From contig JANWVQ010000082.1 in the NCBI GenBank assembly GCA_025056745.1, forward strand, positions 56,696-120,695: a stretch of 64,000 bases of DNA, written 5' to 3'. Of the stretch, positions 20,554 through 29,535 are shown piece after piece (the first letter of the stretch is position 1; each line of letters starts with the position of its first letter). The notes under the pieces were generated by a model, which was not told the origin of the DNA, searched no databases, and saw only the letters and a program-made list of their open reading frames with translations. Both the position numbers and the translations under genes were made by a program. The DNA is from Ignavibacterium sp. Its GTDB lineage: Bacteria; Bacteroidota; Ignavibacteria; Ignavibacteriales; Ignavibacteriaceae.

Positions 20554-20805
20554 TTAGTTTTTAGGCTTTGCTTCACTAACGATAATTTTTCTTCCTTTAA
20601 CCTCTGTGTCATTTAATGCATTGATTGCTGCAGATGCTTCGGCTGCTGTTTCAAATTCGACGAAACCGTAACCTTTCGATCTGCGTGTCTGCTTGTCGGT
20701 TATAACCTTTGCTGATTGAACATTACCGTATGGTTCAAATAATGTTTTTAATTCAGCATCGTTAACCGACCAGGGAAGACTCCCAATGAACAATTTAGTA
20801 CTCAC
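20554..20805 (-). CDS. RRM-domain RNA-binding protein
   Basis: 83 aa. RNP-2 is LFIGSL and RNP-1 is KGYGFVEF. Confidence 0.9.
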   Translation of the reverse strand: MSTKLFIGSLPWSVNDAELKTLFEPYGNVQSAKVITDKQTRRSKGYGFVEFETAAEASAAINALNDTEVKGRKIIVSEAKPKN

Positions 20806-20884
20806 AAAAGAACCTTTTAATTAATTGAACAAATAATGCCTTTCGGCTATGTGAAATATAATGGTCATTTAATTAGAAACAAAA

Positions 20885-22240
20885 TTAAATTTCCGATAAA
20901 AGTTTTTCTATCGCTTCTGAAAGGTCTTCAATTGAGACAATTTTTATTTTATTTGATTGGATCAAACTTTTACTGTTATTAGAAGGAACTAATGCAGTTA
21001 TAAATCCTAATTTTTCTGCTTCGGCTATTCTCTTTTCTAAATACGGTACGCTTCTCAACTCACCACCTAAACCAACTTCTCCAATAAGAATAGTTTGAGA
21101 ATCTATTGATTGCTCACGAATACTTGAGATTATACTCAGACAAACTGCAAGATCTGCTGCTGGTTCTTTAATTTTAATCCCACCGACAATATTCAAAAAC
21201 ACATTTGCTGCGGAAAGCTTAACCCCCACTCTTTTTTCAAGTACAGCAAGTAAAATTGACAATCTTCTTTGATCAAATCCATTTGAAACTCTTTGAGGAT
21301 ACCCATAATTTGAAGGAGTGACCAAAGCTTGAACTTCAATTAGTATTGGTCTGGAGCCTTCTATAATTGCAGTAACTGAAGAACCAGCTGTTGCTTTGTC
21401 TCTTTCACTCAAAAATAATTCACTTGGATTTGTAACTTCAACTAAACCGTTTTCTCTCATCTCAAAAACACCTATTTCATTTGTGCTTCCATATCTATTT
21501 TTTTTAGCTCTAAGGATTCTGAAAGAATGATTTAATTCACCTTCGAAATGAATAACCGTATCAACCATATGCTCCAATATTTTGGGACCTGCAATATTAC
21601 CTTCTTTAGTTACGTGACCAATTAAAATTACCACAACATTTTTCGTTTTGGCATATTCGATCAAACTAACAGTGCATTCTCTTATTTGAGTTATAGTCCC
21701 CGGAGAACTTTCAATTTCACTTTTGAAAATTGTTTGTATAGAATCAATGAAAACAATCTTTGGTTTTAATTTTTCAGCTAATGATATTATTTGCTCTAAT
21801 TCAGTTTCAGATAAAATAAATAATGAATCAGAAGAGATATTTAATCTTGTTGCACGAAGTTTAATCTGTTTTTCAGATTCCTCTCCTGATACGTAAAGAA
21901 TTGGCTCATTAATTAGTGCAGTTGATTGAAGAGCTAATGTAGATTTTCCAATTCCCGGATCACCAGCCACAAGAATAACGCTACCCGGGATCAAACCTCC
22001 ACCAAGCACTCTATCAAATTCAGAGATGTTTGTTAGAATTCTCTCTTCTTCTTTTGCAGAAATATCAATGAGTTTATAGTAATTCGATGTTACTTTTTTA
22101 TTAAGATTTACTTTCTTAGATGGTTCAAAAATTTCCTCTACAAAAGTATTCCAAGAATCACACTCTGGACATTTACCTATCCATTTGAGACTTTCATATC
22201 CACAATTACTGCAAACATATTTGGTTTTAGATTTTGACAT
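20885..22240 (-). CDS. radA: DNA repair protein RadA
   Basis: 451 aa. Zinc finger CSNCGYESLKWIGKCPEC, Walker A GDPGIGKST, the KNRYG motif and a Lon-like C-terminal domain. Confidence 0.95.
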   Translation of the reverse strand: MSKSKTKYVCSNCGYESLKWIGKCPECDSWNTFVEEIFEPSKKVNLNKKVTSNYYKLIDISAKEEERILTNISEFDRVLGGGLIPGSVILVAGDPGIGKSTLALQSTALINEPILYVSGEESEKQIKLRATRLNISSDSLFILSETELEQIISLAEKLKPKIVFIDSIQTIFKSEIESSPGTITQIRECTVSLIEYAKTKNVVVILIGHVTKEGNIAGPKILEHMVDTVIHFEGELNHSFRILRAKKNRYGSTNEIGVFEMRENGLVEVTNPSELFLSERDKATAGSSVTAIIEGSRPILIEVQALVTPSNYGYPQRVSNGFDQRRLSILLAVLEKRVGVKLSAANVFLNIVGGIKIKEPAADLAVCLSIISSIREQSIDSQTILIGEVGLGGELRSVPYLEKRIAEAEKLGFITALVPSNNSKSLIQSNKIKIVSIEDLSEAIEKLLSEI

Positions 22241-22530
22241 TATCCTACTTGAAAATTCAATTCGATTATGAAATTAGAGTTAATCATTTTTCTATTCTGA
22301 AAATTATGATAGTTTTATTTGAAATAATAAATTTGAGTAGCAAAAAGGAGAAATAATTGCTTAAAATTAAACCCTCCGATGATGTTGCGCTTGAAATTTT
22401 AATGCCTAATTTTTTGTTCGAAATTAAATACGCTTTCTATTCAATAATTACGTCAAATTTTTTTAGCAAAAAAGAATTAATTAAATCCATCCTCAAAAAT
22501 TTTATAACTAAGAAAAGATAGGAGGTCTTT

Positions 22531-23736
22531 ATGCATCACTTTGATCCAAGTACTGAAATACAAGATTATTTAGTTTTCGGTGAGTATGGCGATGTTAATC
22601 CTTCAATAACTGATTCTTCAACTTATACTTTTCTGAATCCCAAAACTATGGAAGAGCTTTTCGCAGGGGAAAAGGAAGGATGTTTTCTATATTCAAGACA
22701 TTGGAATCCTACTAATAAATATCTCGCCGACGCATTAGCAAAACTTGAAGATACTGAAGCCGCAATTGTAACAGCCTCAGGAATGGGTGCAATCAGCGCT
22801 ACTATTTTGCAGATTTGCCAAAGTGGAGATGAAATAATTTCAAGTAGAACAATTTACGGTGGGACTTATGCTTTATTTAAAAACTTTTTGCCAAAGTTTG
22901 GTATAAAAGTAAACTTTGTAAATATATCTGACTTTAATTCAATTGAAGAAATTATTTCCGATAAAACAAAAATTATTTATACTGAATCAATCAGCAATCC
23001 ATTACTCGAAATAGCTGATATTCCTAATCTAGCAAAAATCTCTTCAAAGTATAATCTAAAATTAGTTGTAGATAACACTTTTAGCCCAATTTTTCTGACT
23101 CCAAAACATCTTGGAGCTGATATAATTATTCATAGTTTGACTAAATTCATTAATGGAACAAGTGATTGTGTCGCTGGTTGCGTTTGTAGTTCAAAAGAAT
23201 TTATCAATCAACTTACAGATATAAACAATGGTGCAAGTATGTTACTTGGTCCTGTTTTGGATAGTTACCGAGCTGCAAGTATTTTAAAAAACTTACATTC
23301 ACTTCACATTAGAATGAAAAAGCACGGAGAAAATGCTCAATTCCTTGCAGAGAAATTAACAGAGCTTGGTATTAAGGTTTTTTATCCCGGATTAAAAACT
23401 CACAAAGGTCATCAACTACTAAACGAAATGATCAATGAAGGTTTCGGTTACGGCGGTATGATGGTAATCGATGCACAAACTAAAGATAAAGCCGATGAGT
23501 TAATGATGATAATGCAACAAGAAAAAGTGGGATATTTAGCTGTTAGTTTGGGTTACTTTAAAACTTTATTCTCTGCACCAGGACACAGTACATCTTCAGA
23601 AATACCAGAAGAAGAAAGAATCCAAATGGGTTTAACTGATGGACTTGTAAGATTTTCTATTGGCTTAGATAATAATATTGAAAAAACTTTTGAGCGTATA
23701 AAAAAATGTTTATTTACTGTCGGATTGATTAAATAA
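22531..23736 (+). CDS. PLP-dependent Cys/Met-metabolism enzyme (methionine gamma-lyase / cystathionine gamma-synthase family)
   Basis: 401 aa. YSRHWNPT, VDNTF and the PLP-lysine block HSLTKFINGTSD. AGGAGG lies 6 nt upstream of the ATG. Confidence 0.8.
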   Translation: MHHFDPSTEIQDYLVFGEYGDVNPSITDSSTYTFLNPKTMEELFAGEKEGCFLYSRHWNPTNKYLADALAKLEDTEAAIVTASGMGAISATILQICQSGDEIISSRTIYGGTYALFKNFLPKFGIKVNFVNISDFNSIEEIISDKTKIIYTESISNPLLEIADIPNLAKISSKYNLKLVVDNTFSPIFLTPKHLGADIIIHSLTKFINGTSDCVAGCVCSSKEFINQLTDINNGASMLLGPVLDSYRAASILKNLHSLHIRMKKHGENAQFLAEKLTELGIKVFYPGLKTHKGHQLLNEMINEGFGYGGMMVIDAQTKDKADELMMIMQQEKVGYLAVSLGYFKTLFSAPGHSTSSEIPEEERIQMGLTDGLVRFSIGLDNNIEKTFERIKKCLFTVGLIK

Positions 23737-23803
23737 TTTTTTAAAATTTGTATAAAAAATTACCATTAACTGAAAAATCATTAAATAAACAAGACAGCAA
23801 AAA

Positions 23804-26257
23804 ATGAAATTACTTAAAGCCCCAAAACATCGCGAACTAAAACCCTCAGAACTAAGATGGAAATGTAACCCCGAAATATTGGAATTTGATTCAACTGAAC
23901 AAATAGAACCAATAGAGGGAATTCTTGGACAAGATAGAGCTCTCAAAGCTATCCGACTTGGAGTTGATATAAAAAGTCCTGGTTACAACATTTTTATCGC
24001 CGGATTATCTGGTTCCGGAAAAGCAACTACTATAAAAAAAATGTTGGAACATTTCTCTCAAAAATCTCCTGAACTTTTTGATTATGCTTATGTCAATAAC
24101 TTCAAAGATCCTGATAAACCCATATTACTAAAATTTCCCAAAGGTAAAGCAAAAGAGTTCAAACAAGATATTAAATCGGCCATCGAGTTATTAAAACAAA
24201 AAGTACCATTGGCTCTTGAAAGTGAGATCTACCTCGAACGAAAGAAAAATTTAATCAATGAGTTTAATCTCAAAGAACAAGAATTAATGGAAGAATTCGA
24301 TAAAGAATTAAGATATCGTGGATTTGCTTTAGGACAGATAAAAATTGGAGAGACTATTCGTCCTGATATTCTTCCAATTATCGACAATCAGCCTGTTCCA
24401 ATTTCACAACTCGATGATTTGTTAAATGAAAATAAAATCACAAAAGAACAAGCAAAAAAAATTTTTTCAGATTATCAAAACAATCTTCAAGATTTACAAC
24501 TTCTTTATAAAAAAGCTACCAAATTAAGTCAAGATTTTCAGGAACGCATTAAAACTTTAGAAAGAGAAAATATCGAAATAATTGTTCGAGGAGTTTTTGA
24601 GCTACTTAAAGAAAAATACAATGATAGTTCAATTCACAATTATTTAATACAAGTCGAAGAGGATATTTTAGAAAACATATACATTTTCAAAACAGTCAAA
24701 TCTGAAGAGGTACCACAATCTGCAGAAGGCGAAATAGACTATTTTTATGATTATCAAGTAAATATAATTTTAGATAACTCTGATACTCAAGGTTGCCCAG
24801 TTATAATAGAAACTAATCCTACTTATGTCAATCTATTTGGGACTATTGAAAAAGTCACCGATGGTCAAGGTGGTTTTTATACTGATTTTACAAAAATAAA
24901 GGCTGGTTCACTCCTTAGAGCAAACGGTGGATATCTTGTTTTAAATGTAATTCACTTATTTGAAGAACCGGGTGTTTGGCGAACTCTAAAACGTATTCTT
25001 ACTTATAACAAATTAGAAATTCAAGAATCGCAATTTTCATTTATTTCATCATCTGTATCACTTAAACCTCAACCAATTGACATAGATACAAAAGTAATTC
25101 TGATAGGAAATTACTTATTCTATGCTTACTTAAGTGAGAGAGAATACGACTTCAAAAAAATGTTTAAAGTATTGGCTGATTTTGATTACGAAATTTCTAT
25201 TGATGAAAATGTTATCCGTGATTATGTAAGAGTAATCAAAAAACTCATTAAAGAAGAAAATCTTCTTGAGTTTGATAAAAATGCTATTGCATACATTCTC
25301 GAGCTTGCTGCAATGTTCGCTGGAAGACAAGATAAATTAACTTTACGATTTTCTAAAATTGCAGATATACTCAGGGAAGCAAATTACTGGGCTTTAGAGG
25401 ATGGAATGAAAACAGTCTCAACCAAATATGTCGAAAAAGCCTATCGCTCAATAAAGGAAAGACACTCAATGCTCGAAACCAAAATTACTGAAATGTATAA
25501 AGATGGCTATATGTTAATAGATACAACTGGAGAACGAGTCGGACAGATTAATGGATTAGCTGTTTATGATGCTAATTTCTATACTTTTGGAAGACCAATA
25601 AGAATAACTGCCACTGTTTCCTTGGGAAGCGGTACGATAATAAATGTCGAACGTGAAGCTGGGATGAGTGGTAAACATTATAACAAAGGTGTTTTAATTA
25701 TTTCTGGATATTTTAGAGAAACTTTTGGACAGGATTTACCACTATCTTTCAATGCTAATTTAGTTTTTGAACAATCTTATGGGATGGTTGAAGGGGATAG
25801 TGCATCTTGCACGGAAATTTTTGCATTGTTGTCAGTGCTTTCCGGATTACCAATAAAGCAATCAATTGCAGTTACAGGCTCCTTGAATCAGAAAGGAGAT
25901 GTTCAACCAATTGGCGGAGTGAATGAAAAAATAGAAGGTTTCTTTGATATCTGTCAAATCAAAGGTCTTGATGGAAAACAGGGAGTAATTTTCCCAGTTC
26001 AAAACATAAGAGACCTTATGCTTAAAGAAGAAGTTATTGAAGCAGTAAGGAAAAACAAATTTCATCTCTATCCAATTTCAAGGGTTGAAGAAGGAATTGA
26101 AATATTAACTGGTGTAAAAGCAGGTAAAAAATTAAAGGATGGTTTCGAAGAGGGAACAGTTTTTTATTTAGTTCAAGAAAAAATTAAAGAACTATACGCC
26201 AAATCAAGGCAAATTAAACAAAGTCAAAAGGGAGACAATAGTAAAAAGAAAAAGTAA
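23804..26257 (+). CDS. Lon-like S16 protease with degenerate AAA+ module (LonC-like)
   Basis: 817 aa. The Walker A-like motif GLSGSGKAT has Ala where Ser/Thr is expected. A long helical insert follows. The Walker B position reads GGYLVLNVI instead of hhhhDE. The protease Ser context is VEGDSAS and the Lys context is GGVNEKIEGF. Confidence 0.8.
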   Translation: MKLLKAPKHRELKPSELRWKCNPEILEFDSTEQIEPIEGILGQDRALKAIRLGVDIKSPGYNIFIAGLSGSGKATTIKKMLEHFSQKSPELFDYAYVNNFKDPDKPILLKFPKGKAKEFKQDIKSAIELLKQKVPLALESEIYLERKKNLINEFNLKEQELMEEFDKELRYRGFALGQIKIGETIRPDILPIIDNQPVPISQLDDLLNENKITKEQAKKIFSDYQNNLQDLQLLYKKATKLSQDFQERIKTLERENIEIIVRGVFELLKEKYNDSSIHNYLIQVEEDILENIYIFKTVKSEEVPQSAEGEIDYFYDYQVNIILDNSDTQGCPVIIETNPTYVNLFGTIEKVTDGQGGFYTDFTKIKAGSLLRANGGYLVLNVIHLFEEPGVWRTLKRILTYNKLEIQESQFSFISSSVSLKPQPIDIDTKVILIGNYLFYAYLSEREYDFKKMFKVLADFDYEISIDENVIRDYVRVIKKLIKEENLLEFDKNAIAYILELAAMFAGRQDKLTLRFSKIADILREANYWALEDGMKTVSTKYVEKAYRSIKERHSMLETKITEMYKDGYMLIDTTGERVGQINGLAVYDANFYTFGRPIRITATVSLGSGTIINVEREAGMSGKHYNKGVLIISGYFRETFGQDLPLSFNANLVFEQSYGMVEGDSASCTEIFALLSVLSGLPIKQSIAVTGSLNQKGDVQPIGGVNEKIEGFFDICQIKGLDGKQGVIFPVQNIRDLMLKEEVIEAVRKNKFHLYPISRVEEGIEILTGVKAGKKLKDGFEEGTVFYLVQEKIKELYAKSRQIKQSQKGDNSKKKK

Positions 26258-27693
26258 TGGCAGAAAAAATCGAACATTTTGCAAAGACTAAAATTCTTGC
26301 AACTTTAGGTCCATCAACCTACGATTCAGAACAAATAAAAAAGCTTATCGTCTCAGGTATTGATGGTGTAAGATTAAACTTTTCTCACGGCAATTATGAA
26401 TTCTTTGAGAAACTTTATCAAAACATCTATAAAGCTTGTGTAGATGAAAAAACACCGCTTGCTGTTTTAATCGATTTACAGGGACCTAAAATCAGAATTG
26501 GTGAATTGGTTGAGCCAGAATATTTAATAGAAAAAGATGAAATTTTGGAAATCACAACACAAAGTATAATTGGAACAAAAGATAAAATCTCAACCACTTA
26601 TAAAAATTTAGTTGAAGATGCCGAACTCGGAAATTTAATATTAATTGATGATGGATTATTAAAACTTCAAATAATTGATAAAACGAAAGACTCTGTAGTT
26701 TGTAAGGCAATGAATAATGGAAAGATTAAACCAAGAAAAGGAATGAACTTACCAGGTATGAAATTAAGCACTCCATCAATAACTGAAAAAGATTATTCAG
26801 ATATCGAATTTGCAGTAAAAAATCGAGTTGATTTTATTGCACTATCTTTTGTAAGAAGCCCTGAAGATGTTGTTGAATTGAAAAATTGGTTAGTGATGAA
26901 AGGACTTGATATTCCAGTTATTGCTAAAATAGAAAAAAAGGAAGCTGTAGATTTATTCGATGATATTTTATCAGTTTCAGATGGAATTATGATTGCTCGA
27001 GGAGATTTGGGAGTTGAACTTCCACCTCAGGAATTACCGGTTTTACAAAAGTCTATTATTAAAAAATGTAACTCTGTTGGAAAGTTGGTCATCACTGCAA
27101 CTCAAATGCTTGAGTCTATGATTAACTCTCCAATTCCAACACGCGCTGAAGCTTCAGATGTTGCAAATGCAGTCTGGGATGGAACTGACGTTGTAATGCT
27201 TAGTGGCGAAACTTCTGTTGGAGCCTATCCAATCCAAACAGTTGAAACAATGAACGACATCCTTAAAAAAGCTGAAACTAATTTCCCATTCCAAAAACAT
27301 ATAGATTATTTCATCCCAGAAAATTTACAAGACAAACTTTTTGATTCCGTTGGAAAAGCTATCGTTGAGATAAGTAAAAGAATCAATGCTGAGGCAATCG
27401 TTGTTTTCACTGAATTAGGTAGAACGGCTAAGTTAATTTCAAAATATAAACCCAACTGTAAAATCATAGCTATCTCTAATAAGTTTGACACAATGAATAA
27501 ACTTTCACTCTATTGGGGAGTTATTCCTATTTTTAGTGAAAAAATTGATAAAGAAAAAATTTACATTGATGATGCAAAAGCAAAAATCTTAGAACTCGGA
27601 TTAGCAAAAAAAGGAGATTTATTAATTTTTACTGCTGGAACTCCTTACTCTGAAAAAAGAAGAATAAATTGGTTAGACTTTGAAATAATATGA
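26257..27693 (+). CDS. pyk: pyruvate kinase
   Basis: 478 aa. RLNFSHGNYE, MIARGDLGVE and MLSGETS are diagnostic blocks. Confidence 0.95.
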   Translation: MAEKIEHFAKTKILATLGPSTYDSEQIKKLIVSGIDGVRLNFSHGNYEFFEKLYQNIYKACVDEKTPLAVLIDLQGPKIRIGELVEPEYLIEKDEILEITTQSIIGTKDKISTTYKNLVEDAELGNLILIDDGLLKLQIIDKTKDSVVCKAMNNGKIKPRKGMNLPGMKLSTPSITEKDYSDIEFAVKNRVDFIALSFVRSPEDVVELKNWLVMKGLDIPVIAKIEKKEAVDLFDDILSVSDGIMIARGDLGVELPPQELPVLQKSIIKKCNSVGKLVITATQMLESMINSPIPTRAEASDVANAVWDGTDVVMLSGETSVGAYPIQTVETMNDILKKAETNFPFQKHIDYFIPENLQDKLFDSVGKAIVEISKRINAEAIVVFTELGRTAKLISKYKPNCKIIAISNKFDTMNKLSLYWGVIPIFSEKIDKEKIYIDDAKAKILELGLAKKGDLLIFTAGTPYSEKRRINWLDFEII

Positions 27694-28715
27694 ATACTAT
27701 CCATTACAAAGAAGCGAAATGGTGGTATACAAACAGCAATGGCAGGATAGTTTGCACTTTATGTCCTCGCTATTGTGAATTGAGTGATGGTCAATCAGGA
27801 TTTTGTTATATCAGACAAAACATCGGTGGAAAACTCTATAACACAGGATATGGAAGACCAACTGGTTTCGCAATTGATCCAATTGAAAAAAAACCTTTGA
27901 ATCATTTTTTACCAGGGACGCAAATTTTATCTTTTGGGACTGCAGGATGCAATCTTGGATGTAAGTTTTGTCAGAACTGGTCAATTAGTAAAGCTAAACT
28001 TGATGAAACTTACTCTCTAAATGCTTCTCCTGAAGATGTCGTTCACTTAGCAAAAAAATATCGAACCCCTTCAATTGCTTATACATATAATGATCCAACA
28101 ATCTTTGGGGAATATGTTATTGATATTTCAAAACTTGCAAGAGAAGAAGGTATTAAATCAGTAATGGTTACTGCAGGATATATTGATAAAGAAGCTCGAA
28201 AAGAAGTTTATAAATATATCGATGCAGCCAATGTTGATTTGAAAGGATTTACAGAAAGATTTTATTTCAAAAATACACTTTCTCATCTTGATCCTGTTTT
28301 AGATACAATCATTTGGCTAAAAAAAGAAACAGAAGTTTGGATTGAATTAACAACTTTACTTATTCCCGAAGAAAACGATGATGATGAACAAATTAAAAAT
28401 GAATGTGATTGGATAATTGAAAATTTAGGAGATACCGTTCCGCTTCATTTTACAGCATTTCATCCTGATTTCAAAATGATGAATAAAGAAAGAACTCCTC
28501 ATTCTACACTACTAAAAGCAAAACAAATAGCTGAAGAAATTGGGCTTAAATATGTTTACATCGGGAATGTCTTTGATAGTAAAAATCAATCAACATATTG
28601 TATAAACTGTGGTTCACTGCTGATTGAACGTAATTGGCATAGCGTAAAATTTCATAAATTTGAAAACGGAAAATGTAAAAAATGTAATTTCGAAATACCT
28701 GGAGTTTTCAACTAA
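27690..28715 (+). CDS. AmmeMemoRadiSam system radical SAM enzyme
   Basis: 341 aa. N-terminal Cys cluster CTLCPRYC, radical SAM CNLGCKFCQNW (Cx3Cx2C) and a C-terminal CINCG...CKKC ribbon, which is the layout of this family. ATGA overlap with pyk. Confidence 0.8.
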   Translation: MNTIHYKEAKWWYTNSNGRIVCTLCPRYCELSDGQSGFCYIRQNIGGKLYNTGYGRPTGFAIDPIEKKPLNHFLPGTQILSFGTAGCNLGCKFCQNWSISKAKLDETYSLNASPEDVVHLAKKYRTPSIAYTYNDPTIFGEYVIDISKLAREEGIKSVMVTAGYIDKEARKEVYKYIDAANVDLKGFTERFYFKNTLSHLDPVLDTIIWLKKETEVWIELTTLLIPEENDDDEQIKNECDWIIENLGDTVPLHFTAFHPDFKMMNKERTPHSTLLKAKQIAEEIGLKYVYIGNVFDSKNQSTYCINCGSLLIERNWHSVKFHKFENGKCKKCNFEIPGVFN

Positions 28716-28727
28716 TCAGAGTTGTTT

Positions 28728-29498
28728 ATGCAGTCACTTGAAAATAAAATTGTTCTTATCACTGGCGCCTCTTCAGGAATTGGAAAGTCTTGCGCAAAAG
28801 AATTTGCAAAACTCAAATGCAATCTCATACTAATTGCAAGACGAAAAGAAAAACTTGATTTAATAGCAAATGAACTTAAAAATGAATTCAAAGTAGAAGT
28901 TTTAACCTTCAAAGTTGATGTTAGAAATTTTAATGAAGTTAAAAACTTTTATAACAACCTTCCTAACGATTGGAAACAAATTGAAATATTAGTCAATAAT
29001 GCCGGCTTGGCTCGTGGATTAGAAAAATTCTATGAAGGTAAAGTTGAGAACTGGGATGAGATGATTGACACTAATATCAAAGGTCTGATTTATGTTTCTA
29101 GAGTCGTTGTCCCACAAATGGTTGAAAGAGAAAGTGGACATATAATCAATATTGGATCAACTGCTGGACACGATACTTATCCAATGGGTAATGTCTATGC
29201 TGCAACTAAATTCGCTGTTAAAGCATTAAGTCAATCTTTTAGAATAGATCTTCTTGATAAAGGAATAAAAGTTTCAAGCATTGATCCTGGAATGGTTGAA
29301 ACAGAATTCAGTATTGTTCGCTTTTCAGGTGATGAAGAAAGAGCAAAAAAAGTTTATCAAGGACTAACACCCCTAACACCTGATGATGTTGCAGATGCTG
29401 TTATTTTCTGTGTAACAAGACCTAAACACGTAAACATCAATCAAATTATCCTAACTCCTCTTGCTCAAGCTTCATCAAATTTTGTGATAAGGAAATAA
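28728..29498 (+). CDS. SDR family NADP-dependent oxidoreductase (YdfG-like)
   Basis: TGASSGIG cofactor motif, NNAG, and the catalytic YAATK. I prefer ATG 28728 over the track's TTG 28722. Confidence 0.85.
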   Translation: MQSLENKIVLITGASSGIGKSCAKEFAKLKCNLILIARRKEKLDLIANELKNEFKVEVLTFKVDVRNFNEVKNFYNNLPNDWKQIEILVNNAGLARGLEKFYEGKVENWDEMIDTNIKGLIYVSRVVVPQMVERESGHIINIGSTAGHDTYPMGNVYAATKFAVKALSQSFRIDLLDKGIKVSSIDPGMVETEFSIVRFSGDEERAKKVYQGLTPLTPDDVADAVIFCVTRPKHVNINQIILTPLAQASSNFVIRK

Positions 29499-29535
29499 CT
29501 AATGTTTAATTTTTTAATACCAGCTGGGAATAATT

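Noticed and set aside
22241-22530. SAM/Met riboswitch or T-box in the 290-bp leader of the methionine gamma-lyase-like gene
   Set aside because: The leader is almost entirely A/T. I could not find the GC-containing conserved cores or helices expected of SAM-I/II, SAM-SAH or T-box leaders. A covariance-model scan is needed to be certain.
23710-23946. 78-aa minus-strand ORF spanning the gap between the PLP enzyme and the Lon-like gene
   Set aside because: It overlaps both well-supported plus-strand genes, and has no RBS and no motif.
23804-26257. Lon-like protease as BrxL of a BREX defence system
   Set aside because: No PglZ, BrxC/PglY ATPase, PglX methyltransferase or other BREX components are nearby. 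The flanking genes are a PLP enzyme and pyruvate kinase. The domain layout fits the LonB/LonC type better.
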